64,000 bases of DNA from Epiperipatus broadwayi (lineage: Eukaryota; Animalia; Onychophora), in the NCBI GenBank assembly GCA_028023455.1, contig JAQFVV010000006.1:7998001-8062000 (forward strand), in the 5' to 3' direction. Each line of letters begins with the position of its first letter. The first letter of the stretch is position 1. Of the stretch, positions 12,588 to 24,764 are shown piece after piece. A program made the translations under genes and the position numbers. The notes under the pieces were generated by a model. The model was not told the origin of the DNA. It did no database searches and saw only the letters and a list, made by a program, of their open reading frames with translations.

Positions 12588-12789
12588 AAAGAATATAATT
12601 TATATAAATTGTACTGTATTTTGATATATATATATATATAAGCATCTGTGTTATATGTATGTGCATGATGACAAGTGTTGTATACGTGCAGTTCAATAAA
12701 CAATACAAATTCTATTCCAACTAAAGTTTGTCCACAAAATGCAAGAAGCTATTATGCATTTATATGACTGCACTTGAACAAAATATGGT

Positions 12790-12950
12790 GTGGACTGTGG
12801 TTCCATTGTATTTTTCAATGCTGACTTTTAAATTCTGCTGAAAATATTTCATAAATACTTAAACCCATTGTCTAGTTGTAGATCTCCAATGTATTGTATT
12901 TTCTGCCATCTCATCGCTTTCCTGAAAAATGTCTTTGGGATAATCTTTGG
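12790..12950 (-). mobile_element. RTE LINE 3' fragment
   Basis: Reverse complement aaagattatcccaaagacattttt...gatggcagaaaatacaatacattggagatctacaactagacaatgg matches the RTE tails at 24.4 and 36.9 kb. Confidence 0.6.
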
Positions 12951-12959
12951 AACTAATTG

Positions 12960-13050
12960 GGGTGGGATCTGCTTCTCCTAACCAACGGAGCTATTCTGTC
13001 AAAGGCAGAATAGCTCATAGATGATGGGAATAGTCCAACATATCACATCT
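12960..13050. mobile_element. Family E (tRNA-headed) fragment with hairpin junction
   Basis: gagctattctgtcaaaggcagaatagctc hairpin, then gatgatgggaatagtccaac as in the family E tail. Confidence 0.55.
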
Positions 13051-13639
13051 AATAAATTATTAAAATCTTTAAAAAAAAAGTTATCTATCTCTATTTTAAA
13101 TTTTTACATAAACAGAAACTCTAGTTCAAGAAAATACTTTAAAACCTCTTTTCATATCTACTCTAATCAATTATTGATTGCAACCTTTCAAAAAAGAAAC
13201 TGATCTCCCTTGCGGTATTTTTGTTAGGTCTCTATCACACACAGACCTTTTCACAACAAACAAATTACTGTTAGTTTAGTTTGAACCTAACATAGTTTAT
13301 TTTTACATTAAGTTTTTTTCTGTCATTGGAGATCCTTTCTATGATTCCAGATCAGAATAAAAGTCACCCTCTTTTACGGTAAAATATCATTTGCAAAAGG
13401 AAACAGTAAAAACAGAGTCTATTCATAAATCTACTTACCAGAATTATTAACTATTTATAAAAACAAAAAAAGAAAAATGACTGAAAAATGCTTTTTTTTA
13501 AAAGTAAAATAAATTACTAAATTATTTTTAATTATATATAAATGATTTAATGCAAATACACACACACACACACGTATGTTTCATCTATATATTCGGTAAT
13601 TTAAACGTTTATTCTAATGATAATAAGAATTACAGCAAT

Positions 13640-15185
13640 GTATCAATTAAAGGCGATTAGAACAGACTTTTAAAGCCTCCTTTAGCTATTCTCTCCATCT
13701 TATATAACCAATATACATGACACAGATATATGAATAAGATAAATGATCTCCGATATGCGTACTTCGTGCTTAATCAGCATTCATCACTTGGCCCAGATCA
13801 TCATTTCCCACACACATATATACTCAATAATCAGTTTATATTAAGATAGCAAATCTTGTAACTTTAATGAACAGACTTCAATCTGCTCCACCTCCAACTC
13901 TTCAGCCATCCATATACCCTTAAAAATCTGATGATGGAATGCTCAAACCCTTGTTGAAGCCAATATTGATGTCATACTCATGTGAACCGTAAGTCACCTT
14001 GACCTCTCATATAGATGATCTTAATATGTCCATTTAAATATACAGAAGAATGGGCAGATTTCAGGCTGAATCTGTAATAAATCAATACTGTCTGTGTATT
14101 TAAATGGACATATCAATGTCATATATATGAGGGATCCAAGTGAGTGACTTAAGGTCAACATGGGTATAATAATATTGGCATCTACAAGGGTTTGAGTATT
14201 CCATCATCAGATTTTCACTGGTATAGATCAGCAGTCGGCAACCTTTTAGATATTGTGGGCCAATAACATAATTTTTAAAGGTATGAATTAATATGAGCAT
14301 TGAGTATGATATACATATTAATAATGTTGTATAATTTGTTAAAGAATTATGTTTTATTTTTTTTGTTAATATGAAGTCCATATTATTTCATAAAAATAAA
14401 TGAGTGTAAAAATATGTATTTGTTACATTTTATATGTGTAATTTTCTAATTCATATCTACAAAAATTATTTAAGATTAATAATGAATAGTATTCTATTCT
14501 TTAATAATTTTTATGGATGTGTTTTCCTTCAAAATTCCTAATAACATTTTTGTGTTTTAGTTCACCTGATTACCGAGGTAACACCGTAGTCAAATTTGAT
14601 GCCTAGTCAATTGTACAGAATTCGGTATTCTTATTTTGTTATTTTTTATACGCTGCTGATAGAGTAGGGGTTTTTGCAAATCACAGTAGTATTTTGTAAC
14701 AAATCAATTAGCAATATAATGTTCTTGTTCTATTTTAAATATAAATAATACAGCTTAAACAAAATTTATTTTTTATTTTAAAATTTTTATTAAATGAGCT
14801 TAGCAAACTTAAATAATATCTGAATTTCTTTGCAGACAATTAAAATTATATCACAGACCACCAGTGGTCTGTGGACCATTGACTGCTGACCGATGGTATG
14901 GATGGCTGAAGGATGGACAAGATTGAAGTCCGTTCATTAAAAGTTTGAGGATTTGTTATCTTAATATAAACTGAGCCCTGTTTATATATATGTGTGTGGG
15001 AGATTATGATCCAGATCAACTGATGAGTGCTGGATTAGCACCAAAATATGTATATTGGAGATCATTTATGTTTTTCCCATATATATGGCCATGTGTATTC
15101 CTTATATAAGATGAGAGGATAGCTGAAGGAAGTTTAAAAATCTGTGTTCAAATTCCCTTTTATTACATCTTAAAGTTTAGTATTT
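13640..15185. mobile_element. Family C head-to-head pair, plus arm interrupted by a hAT MITE
   Basis: Minus arm ~13640-14085; plus arm ~14095-14228 resuming at 14896-15185; decayed HHRs near 13745-13795 (-) and 15015-15060 (+). Confidence 0.85.
14229..14895. mobile_element. Non-autonomous hAT-like element (MITE) with 8-bp TSD
   Basis: Ends cagcagtcggca / tgctgaccgatg (9 of 12 as inverted repeat); flanks gtatagat (14221-14228) and gtatggat (14896-14903); the paralogous site in duplication copy 2 is empty with a single gtatggac. Confidence 0.8.
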
Positions 15186-16009
15186 ACAATATACTAGCAA
15201 CATACCAGTAAAACTAATCTATAAGATTAAGATGGGATTAACACTAAAAACTATAGAATTAGATAAACCTGTCTTGTCCATAGTCTGGGATTCGAGTTCA
15301 GTGTAGGTTAATCTTTTTTTTTCAGTTCATAACCAGCTTTGGATTTTTTTTTCCACATGGGTAACCTATAGCCTGCTTAATACTGGCCAGTAAATGGGTA
15401 TTGAACTATTCTTATAAAGAAAGACACTAGGTTAATCTGAAAGAGTCAGATGTGTTTTGGTGCACTGATTGGGAAAAAAATAAAAAAAATATGATTACAA
15501 TATATAGCGTCATTTCTCAAAGAAGCAGTACTTTATGCCTGTGATACGCACGATCTCAGTTACTCTTTTCACAGCAATATATAAGACTTAGCACAAAGCA
15601 GCCTATATTAGCTTACAATAGACATAAAAATGCATTATAGCTTCACATGACATCAGATAACAATTTTTAAAATGCAAATCTATTTTTCTACATCAATTCT
15701 TCCTCCTAGCATAAGATTGACCAATCAATAGATGCCAGATCACAGAACTCAACGAATCACAGTCTCAAGTGCACAATAAACACTTATCTAATGATATAGA
15801 ACAACAATGGATAGATACTTATTAAACAGTATCATCTAGTATCTAATGTTTAGTCTATTTTATTGGAACTAAAATAGAGAAAAAGATTTCCTAGATATAC
15901 AACTTATTATCAGTTTCTTGTTTTCAGAGGAAAAGCAAAATTGTGACAATAATGATATAAAAAGAAGGTTTTTGTAATACATGCATGTTACCAGTTCTTA
16001 TTTTCTGAT

Positions 16010-16395
16010 CTGAGACTTGAACACTTAACAGAAAAGCAATATAGAGACTTCAGACCATTCAAAGAAGTATGGAGAGATACATGATTGGAGTAATGAAGAG
16101 ATCAAAAATGCAATAAATGGATAAAAGAACAAACAGATGTTACCAACGGTCTTTGAAAGAATTAAAAGACTGAATAAAGTTGGGCTGGACGTATTGCTAA
16201 AAGAGATGGACAGTTGAATCTGGATTCCAAAAGATTATTAAACCCAGAAAGAGATCACATGTCAGATAGATGGATGAAATAAGAAAGTGTGCAGGGATGA
16301 TGTGGAGAAGAGAGGCTGGAGACTGGAGGAAATGAATTGAACTTGGAGAGACCTTCATCCTGCAGTGGATTGGTAATGGTTGACAATGATGATGA
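16010..16395 (+). mobile_element. RTE LINE 3' end with (GAT)n tail
   Basis: Translates with frameshifts to ..TLTEKQYR..QTIQRSMERYMIGV..WIKEQT..ERIKRL..WMDEIRKCAGMMWRR..ELGETFILQW; ends gatgatgat. Confidence 0.85.
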
Positions 16396-17504
16396 TACCA
16401 TACAGAAACTTCAATATTTCTGTATTAATATCACTACTTCAATTATATGCTATCCAAAACGGAAAATGTAAATAATAATAAAAAATTTTAAAAAATAATA
16501 AAATCATTAAAATTTGTAAATTTAATAAATTTTACAATAGAACAGCCCTGTTTTTTTAGTCCCTGATGCAATACCTGTTCCTCTTTATTAATATCGTTCA
16601 TTGTTTCCCATAATTCACTGTGCTTTTTTAATCCTGATTCGATTCTCTAAAGATTAGGATATTTTGTTAATAATTAAATTCTTTGAAAAAAATTAAATAA
16701 ATAAATAAAAAAAAAAATTCTATATATTAAATAAATAAATGTAATAATTTTATTTTCTTAGAAAAAAAAACTTTAAAATAAGAATTATGATACAGCAATT
16801 CAAATTGTGAAATTCATTAAAAGTTAAAACAAATTAACTATATAACATAATATACAAAACAAATAAACACAAACTTATACAACTTTATATATTTGAAAAA
16901 TATATATACTTTTTTATATATATCTAATCTGATTGAAATTGTTTTGCAAGAAGTGATCGATATTTTAAAATTTTACATAAAAAGAAAAAAACTGTAGTTC
17001 AAAAAAATAGTTTAAAATCTCTTTTCAATTCAATTCTAATCAATTATTGATTGCAACCTTTGAAAAAAAGTATTCTGATCTCCCTCATTGTATTTCTGTT
17101 AGGTCTCTATCACACACAAATCTTTTCACAACAAACAAATCGCTGTTAGTTTAGTTTAAAGCTAACATGGTTTATTTTTACATTTGGTTTTATTCTATCG
17201 TTGGAGATCCTTTCTAAGTTTCCAGATCAGAATAAAAGTCGTCCTCTTCAACGGTAAAATATCGCTTATAAAAGGAAACACTAAAAGTCGAGTTCAATGA
17301 TAATTGTACTTAAAAGAATTATTAACTATATATATATATAAAAGAAACATGACTGAAAAAATATGTTTTAAAAGCAAAATAAATTATTAAATTATTTTTA
17401 ATATATATAAATGATTTAATACAAACACATACACACGTACGTTTCATCTATATATTCGGCAATTTAAAAGTTTATTCTAATGACAATAATAATTACAGCA
17501 CCAT

Positions 17505-18385
17505 ATCAATTAAAGGGAATTTGACCACAAACTTTTATAGCTTCCTTCAGCTATCATCTCCATCTTATATAACCAATACACATGACCACACACATGTAAG
17601 ATAAATGATCTCCGGTATACGTATTTCGTGCTGAGCCCAGCACTCATCAGTTGGTCCAAATTATTGTCTCCCACACATATATATAATCAGTGCTCATTTT
17701 ATATTTAGATAGCAAATATCCAAACTTTAATGGACAGACTTCAATCTTCTCCATCCTCCGATTCTTCAGCAATCCATACCATTAAAAATTTGATGATGGA
17801 ATGTTCAAACCCTTGTTGATGCCAATATTGTTTTCATACCCATATTGACCTTAAGTCGCTCTGACCCCTCATATGTATGACATTAATACGTCCATTTAAA
17901 TACACAGAGGGATGGGCAGATTTCAGGCTGAATCTGTAATAAATCAATACTCTATGGGCATTTAAATGGACATATTAAGGTTATATGTATGAGAGGTCAG
18001 AGTGAATGACTTAAGGTCAACACGGGTATAACTTCAATATTAGCATCAACATGGGTTTGAGCATTCCATCATCAGATTTTCAATGGTATGGACAGCTGAA
18101 GAGTTATAGGATGGAGAATACTGAAGTATCGCCATTAAAGTTTGAGGATTTGCTATCTTAATATAAACTGAGCATGATTATATATATATATGTGGTGTGA
18201 AATGATGATCTGGACCAACTGATGAGGGCTGGTTCAGCACAAAATTTGTATACTGGAGATTATTTACCTTTTTTTGTGTGTGGTCATATATATTGGTTAT
18301 ATAAGATGGAAATGCTAGCTGAAGGAAACTTAGAAGTCTGTGTTCAATCCCCTTTTATTACATCATAAAGTTCAGTATTTACAAT
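17505..18385. mobile_element. Family C head-to-head pair
   Basis: Minus arm ~17505-17940, plus arm ~17950-18385. Confidence 0.9.
17612..17655 (-). ncRNA. Family C hammerhead motif (core and stems II/III intact, stem I mutated)
   Basis: accaa-CUGAUGA-GUGCUG-ggcu-CAGCAC-GAAA-UACGUA-UA-ccgga. Confidence 0.7.
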
Positions 18386-19189
18386 ATACTAGCAGTATAT
18401 CAGTAAAACCACTCTATAAGATCCCATTAACATTAAAAACAATAGAACTTATGTGAGGGTTCGAGTTCAGTCTAGGTAAATCATGATTTTTTTTTTCAGT
18501 TCATAACCAGCCTTAGATTTTTTTTTCACATATGAAACCCATAACCAGCTTAATACTGGTCAGTAAATGGGTATTGAACTATTTTTGTTTAGTGAGATTA
18601 ATGTTAATCTGAAAAAATAGATGTGTAATGGTGCACTGATTGGAAAAAAATAAAAAATATGATTACAATATACGGCCATCATTTCTCATAGAAGCAGGAC
18701 TTTATGCCTCGTATACCCAAGATCTCAGTTACTCCTTTAACTCCAATATATAAGACTTGGCACAATGTATCCTATATTAGTTTACAATAGATATAAAAAT
18801 GCATTATAGCATCACATGACATCAGCTAACACATTACTTTTAAAGTGTAAATCTATTTTTACCTCAAGTTTTCCACCTAGCACAAGACTGACTAATCAAT
18901 AGATGCCAGATCGCAAAACTTAATGAATCACAGTCAAGTGCTTAATAAACACTTATCCAATGACATAGAACAACATGGATAAATACTTATTAAACAGTAT
19001 TATCTGGTATATAATATTTAGTCTATTTTGCAAAGTGGTAATGGAACTGCAATAGAGAAAAAGATTTGCTAGATATACAATTTCCTATCAGTTTCTTGTT
19101 TTCAGAGGAAAAAGAAAAATTGTGACAATATTGGTACGAAAAAGTTTTTTAATAAATGTGTTTTATTAGATCTACATTTTGGATCTGAG

Positions 19190-19580
19190 ATTTGGACACT
19201 TAACAGAAAAGCAATATAGAGATTTCAGACCATTCAAAGAAGAATGGAGAGGTACATGTTAGAAGTAATGAAGAGATCAAAAATGCAATAAATGGATAAA
19301 AGAACAAACAGATGTTGTCAACATCATTGAAAAAATTAAGAGACTGAAGTGGAGTTGAGCTGGACATATTGCTAGAAGAGATGATAATAGATGGACAGTT
19401 GAAATCTGGATTCCAAGAGATTGTAAAAAACCCATAAAGAGATCACATGTGAGATAGATGGATGAAATAAGAAAGTGTGCAGGGATGGTGTGGAGAAGAG
19501 AGATTGGAGAAAATGGATTGAACTTGGAGCGACCTTCATCCTGCAGTAGATTGATAATGGTTGCCAATGATGATGATGCC
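19190..19580 (+). mobile_element. RTE LINE 3' end with (GAT)n tail
   Basis: ORF 19458..19664 begins MDEIRKCAGMVWRREIGENG; upstream RIKRLKWSWAGHIARR-like frame. Confidence 0.85.
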
Positions 19581-20425
19581 ACACTGAAACTTCAATATTT
19601 CTCTATTAATATACACTACTTCAATTATATGCTATCCAAAAAGAAAAATGTAAATAAAAAATAATAAAAACTTTAAAAAAATAATAAAATCATTAAAATT
19701 TGTAAATTTAATAAATTTTACAGTAGAGTTAGCTGCTGTTTTTTAAGTCCTGGATGCCATATATGTTCCTATTTATTAATATCATTCATTGCTTGTGCAC
19801 ATTGTTTTATTGCTTTTTTAAATCCTTTCAATACCTTGAAAGAATATAGAAGTTTTAGAAAATTTAATGAAATTCATAAAGTATTTTTAATAAAGCAAAA
19901 GCTATCAACTTAATAGTGACAGACAAAAAAATTTATTCTTGTATTGCATTAGAAAGTTTAAAATTTGAATATTTTACTGCAAGAATCTGAAATGGGTGTT
20001 ACCCCTTAGATTCTGAAATCAATACAGTCTTAAAAACATCAAACATTTTAGAGAAGCTATACTCTGCTGATGCTACAATTATTATGCTTTTATAGGGCAA
20101 AAAATATTAGTGAAGATAAAGGACATTATTTAGAGATTGTTTAACTGCAATAAAAGTTTTATACTTCACTATTCACCCCAAAAATAAAGACTACACTATT
20201 ATTTTTTGAATAACTGCAAATGGGTTTATTGACACATGGTAAATGTGTATGTAAATGTATTCTCTTAATATATATCATTAATAACTACATTAAAAAAAAA
20301 TATTGCTTATTCTGCAATATTGTACTACCATAAACTCAAAATTAAACAAGACTAGCCAAAGTTTTAAAAATTAAAAAATTCTTTAACACAACCAATAGTT
20401 TCCCTGCTAAAGTCAGACTTATAAG

Positions 20426-20760
20426 ACTAAATTGTCCAATCACTTTGCTACTGTTACATAATGCTTTATTTACCACCCTTTCTTACCGATTACAGTTTTG
20501 TTAGGAGATATAAGGTTCTGAAGAAGATTGATGGGGCAATAAAAACTGTAACCTGTGTCCAGCAATCTTCTTCAGAACTTTATATATCTTAAGGTTAGCA
20601 GATATAAAGTTCTGAAGAAGATTATTGGGCAATTGAAACTGTAAATTGTAAGAAAGGGTGGTAAATAAAGCATTGTATAACAGTAGTAAAGTGATTGGAC
20701 AATTTAGTATTATATGGTATACATTTGGCGATGCAATAAGAAAGAGTAGTTATTAAAGTC
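20426..20760. mobile_element. Family A palindrome containing three HHR core starts
   Basis: Arms from 20426 and to 20708; CTGAAGAAGATT at 20518 (+), at ~20565-20576 (-) and at 20612 (+). Confidence 0.8.
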
Positions 20761-21214
20761 GGACTTCTTGAGTGCTAAGGAATACAAACTTATCAATAAA
20801 TATATTTCGCACAATTCACAATTAGATGCCACACACTTTTAATATTAAAAAATTCTTAAACAATTATGTTAATTGCTTCAGTATCATAAAATTTTAATAA
20901 TGAAGATTTTATAATTCTTTTTTTATTTCCGTTCTTTCAAAAAAGACAATCTTAGCCTCCTTGAACACAATATTATGACTGTGTCCCTTTCATGGATATA
21001 TAATGCTTAAAAGAGGGTTTAAGTTGTCTTCTTTCAAAGAAATGAAATAAAAAGAATTAAATAATCTTTATTATTAAAAATGTGTGATATTGAAGCAATT
21101 AGATTAATTAAAGTTCTTTTAACATTATAGGTGTGTGGGATGCATGAATTGTAGGAAATGTAATTTGAAATATTATTAGTATATTGCCTGAAGATTTGTG
21201 ATGATGGTATTTTA

Positions 21215-21555
21215 CAAATTATAATATGTTGGACTATTTCCATCATCTATCATTAAATGTTGAATGTGTAGAAAATTTTAAACTTTATTTAAATTCTTCC
21301 AAATACAAACAATTGTTAGTACAAAACCATAAATATGCAACACAGATTATTGCTAATATTGTCCGTGGTCAGGCCGGCAATACCCTGAAGAAAAGGAAAG
21401 ATTTAATACCACTCGAAACATTGTGTAATCTACTAACCTGTGTTGCCTATTTTTATTACTGCTTGTATTTGAAAGATTTAAATAAAATTTAAAATTGTCT
21501 AGATGTTCAACATTTAATCGTAGATGATAGAAATAGTCCAGCATATTATAAGGTC
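21215..21555. mobile_element. Family E palindrome with HHR-like motif
   Basis: Inverted tails ttggactatttccatcatcta / tagatgatagaaatagtcca; ccCUGAAGAaaagg...acUCGAAAC at 21385-21419. Confidence 0.7.
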
Positions 21556-21726
21556 TAATTAGCATATATATGTATATATGTTAGTGTATTTTGTATTCTT
21601 TTGCACTTGAGAAGTTGGCTGGAAAATCATTGGTTGTGTCAAAAAAAAAAAAAACTTGGTTAATCTTGTTTAACTGAATTAGGGATAATTGAGTTATTTT
21701 GTTGACTAGGTTTAGCTTTAGACTTT

Positions 21727-21760
<34 letters not shown>
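21727..21760. repeat. (TG)n/(CG)n microsatellite
   Basis: tgtgtgtg...tgcgcgcgcgtgtg. Confidence 0.9.
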
Positions 21761-21761
<1 letters not shown>

Positions 21762-24339
21762 AGTGCATATGCATCCTTGTTAAACAGTTATATTGCTGTA
21801 ATCAATACATATTGTATTGCAATCAATTTAAGCTATTATTCATGATATATGATGTGCTTGATGTGGGCTTATAGTGAAATATCGTGCATATCATGGCTAC
21901 ACTGTGTGTTAATAAACAAAAAAGCAGTGTGAGATATTTTCAATACTCATAGTTTTTTAAAAAAGCTAAAGATTTCTATCTATCTGATTATGAGTTCTAA
22001 GAAGCATTTCTAGGAATCAATTAAAGCAAATCTTGAGTTAAAGAGACCTAAATTATTGGCAACTCAGTAAAATAAAAAGAAATATCAATTTGGTCAGTTT
22101 AATAAAATTGTTGTATTTAATCTCTAACATGCATGTTAAAACAGCACATGATCTCTTATGCAAATGAGTACATGATTTTTTTTTAATTACAGATATTTGC
22201 TTTGTTTATTCCAAATAAAATAAAAATGGTAATAATAATAAAAAAAAAAATAACAGAGATTTGCTGATGAAAATAGATGTATGATTGAGATGGGTTTATA
22301 CCAAACCTAAACTTTCCAATGTTTGTGAGGGGAAAAAAATGTCCTGGATGTTTAAATAATCCTCATATCATTCTGCAAATAAGTTTTTAATCTTTCCTCA
22401 ATTCAGTTCTGCAATATAATACACTATTCCTTTCTTATTTCTTGATATTAAATATACATGTAGATATTATCTTGATTGATCATTCTATCTTCTAATATAA
22501 CCAGTGCATTTTGTTTAACTTTACAGTATTTCCTCTACAACCACAAGAGACTTAAAGCCCTTATTCACATCAAGATTTCATATGTAAATTATTTCAAAGA
22601 TAATATCACAAGACACATGGATCATGGTTTATTCTATCACTTCTGTTTTAAGACCTTAATATGATCTCCTATGTAATAAATCCGTTTATTGCTGCTTTTA
22701 ATGCTAGAATTCTAAAAACCACACTATGAATACACATTAAAATACCCAAATTTATTCTTTGTAACTCTAAAAGGCCAGAATAAAAGACAAAATTGATTCT
22801 TAGCCCTACACTTTAGATACACATTGTATATTTCTGCCTCTAATATAGTTGTCCTGTGTAGTCTAATACAGCAGTTAGATTAACAAATCCGAGAAAGTAA
22901 AAAATCCTTGAATTGAAGCTCATCTTATCACTTCTACTGCTCATGTGTCATGTGATCTCCTGAGTAATAAATCATTTGATTATTATATTGTATTTCCTTT
23001 ATAAACACAATAACACATTTTTTTTTTTTGTACTTTTTCAAGCAATTTTATTTATTTATTTTTTCCGTCTGTTTCGAATTAAAATGAAGAGCTATATAAA
23101 TGATTATTCAGATATTTGAAGAAGGATGTAGGTTCAGCTGAAACAATTAAAATAAAATAAAATAAAATTAATTGAAAAGGGACATAAAAAAATATTTTAG
23201 TATTAAAGCAAACAATAGAAAAGATAGTGAAAATGTTGAAGCATATATACAATTAATAATATCAATTGTGTGCTGAAATATCTGGTGCTTCAGATTGATA
23301 GCTGTTACATCTCATTGGATCTTAGCTTGAGAATAAAGTATGAACATTGAAGAGAGGTTGTAATATACATCGATATTCATCTATCTATAAGCATTTCTTG
23401 TAATTCATTGACTTACTTATAAAATTTGATTCTGTTCTTAAATTTATATATATATTCACACATAAAAATGAAACAGCTGGATACCAATCTTTTTTAATCA
23501 AATTGGACTTTATAATGCCGTAATTTCTTCAAGCCGACAAATACTCTCCTCCCTTTGCTATATTTTCCATGTACAGTAAATAGTTTTACAAAATCAAATC
23601 CTTTTAAAATGGACCCCTGCTAATTTCACTTCCATATAAATAATGCATCGTCTCACTATGAATTTTATTTCTCCCCTTTCTTGACATAAAACAAAATTCA
23701 AAAAAAGCTTTTTCACAACCTGATAAATCACAACAATACGTAGACCTAAGATACACTTTAAATTATTACTTTATCTCAAATCTTCAAATAAAAAAAATAT
23801 TTCACTTTCTTACGCGTTTGTACGCGGCTGTGTGTCTATTCACAAGATATATAAAAGTGAAAATGCATATACAAATATAAACATATTGTTGAGCACCTAA
23901 ATAATTATTAATATTAGATGCAGTTAAGTCACCATGAGCCCTAGTGATCATATGAAGTATCTTTTTCCAAAATGGCCAATAATTCATTTTAGACTACAGA
24001 AAGATAAATTTATTTTTTCTAATATGTCCATCTCATTTTGATTATCATCTTCCACCACCAATTTTTATGAGCATGGTTACAGTAAGACAATATCAACTTG
24101 ATCATTTATATTACAGATGAGAATTCAGATCTGATCTGGACAAGCACTCTTTTTATTCATCTTGCTGTTCATAAAATTCTCAGCACACAAAATACAAACA
24201 TTTAGAAAATTTTCATGCAATGATCTTCCATGAAATTTTAAAAATATAATGGCAAAATCATAAAAACAATCAATACCTTCGTCAACTTGCTGATGTGATA
24301 TTATATAATCCACAATTGTAATTAGACTGTACATGTAAA

Positions 24340-24570
24340 ACTGCAAGAATACCTAAGAGAGTGTTTTATGGTGAACTTGAGCAGGGTATTCTTTGCAAAA
24401 GATAAACCCCAACAACATCATAAAGATTATCTCAAAGAGAATTTTAAGGAAGTGTAATGTAAATTGTTTCCATTAAGAAGATATGGCAAAGAATAAAATA
24501 TATTGCGTGCTACAATTAGACATGGTATCGAAGTACTCCAAAAAGATGTTTCCTCCCAATTAAATTAAAA
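24340..24570 (+). mobile_element. RTE LINE C-terminal fragment
   Basis: ARIPKRVFYGELEQG...HKDYLK...IRHG; same family as 36.7-37.1 kb. Confidence 0.75.
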
Positions 24571-24764
24571 AACAACATCGTAAAATATCAAGTAAACAAA
24601 AAATGGACCAGTTTGTTCTATAGGAGGATGGTATGGTCATCACAGAATTCATTTATGGAGCAGTTTTTTTCTCTTTCCTTTCTTTTTTATTTTGTGGAAA
24701 TTGAATAGTCAGCCACACTCGTTTACTGTGGATGTTTGTTATTATAGATGTAAATATAGGGGAC

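Larger units (their letters stand above)
10449..12640. mobile_element. Penelope-like retroelement (RT followed by GIY-YIG), 5'-truncated with an inverted duplicate arm
   Basis: Plus strand 11398-12640: RT motifs (YVNFNNEYYKMNFGWPLG, RYVDDVF, IKFLNI), thumb, then GIY-YIG (IIYRLICGCGVQYIGESKCTFEKRIKEH). Minus strand ~10505-11397 is an inverted copy of ~11752-12638. Confidence 0.95.
13090..16635 (+). repeat. Segmental duplication, copy 1
   Basis: Colinear with 16960-19825 throughout (same order: unique sequence, family C palindrome, unique sequence, RTE tail); substantially diverged; carries an extra 667-bp insertion. Confidence 0.95.
16960..19825 (+). repeat. Segmental duplication, copy 2
   Basis: Colinear paralogue of 13090-16635. 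Confidence 0.95.
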
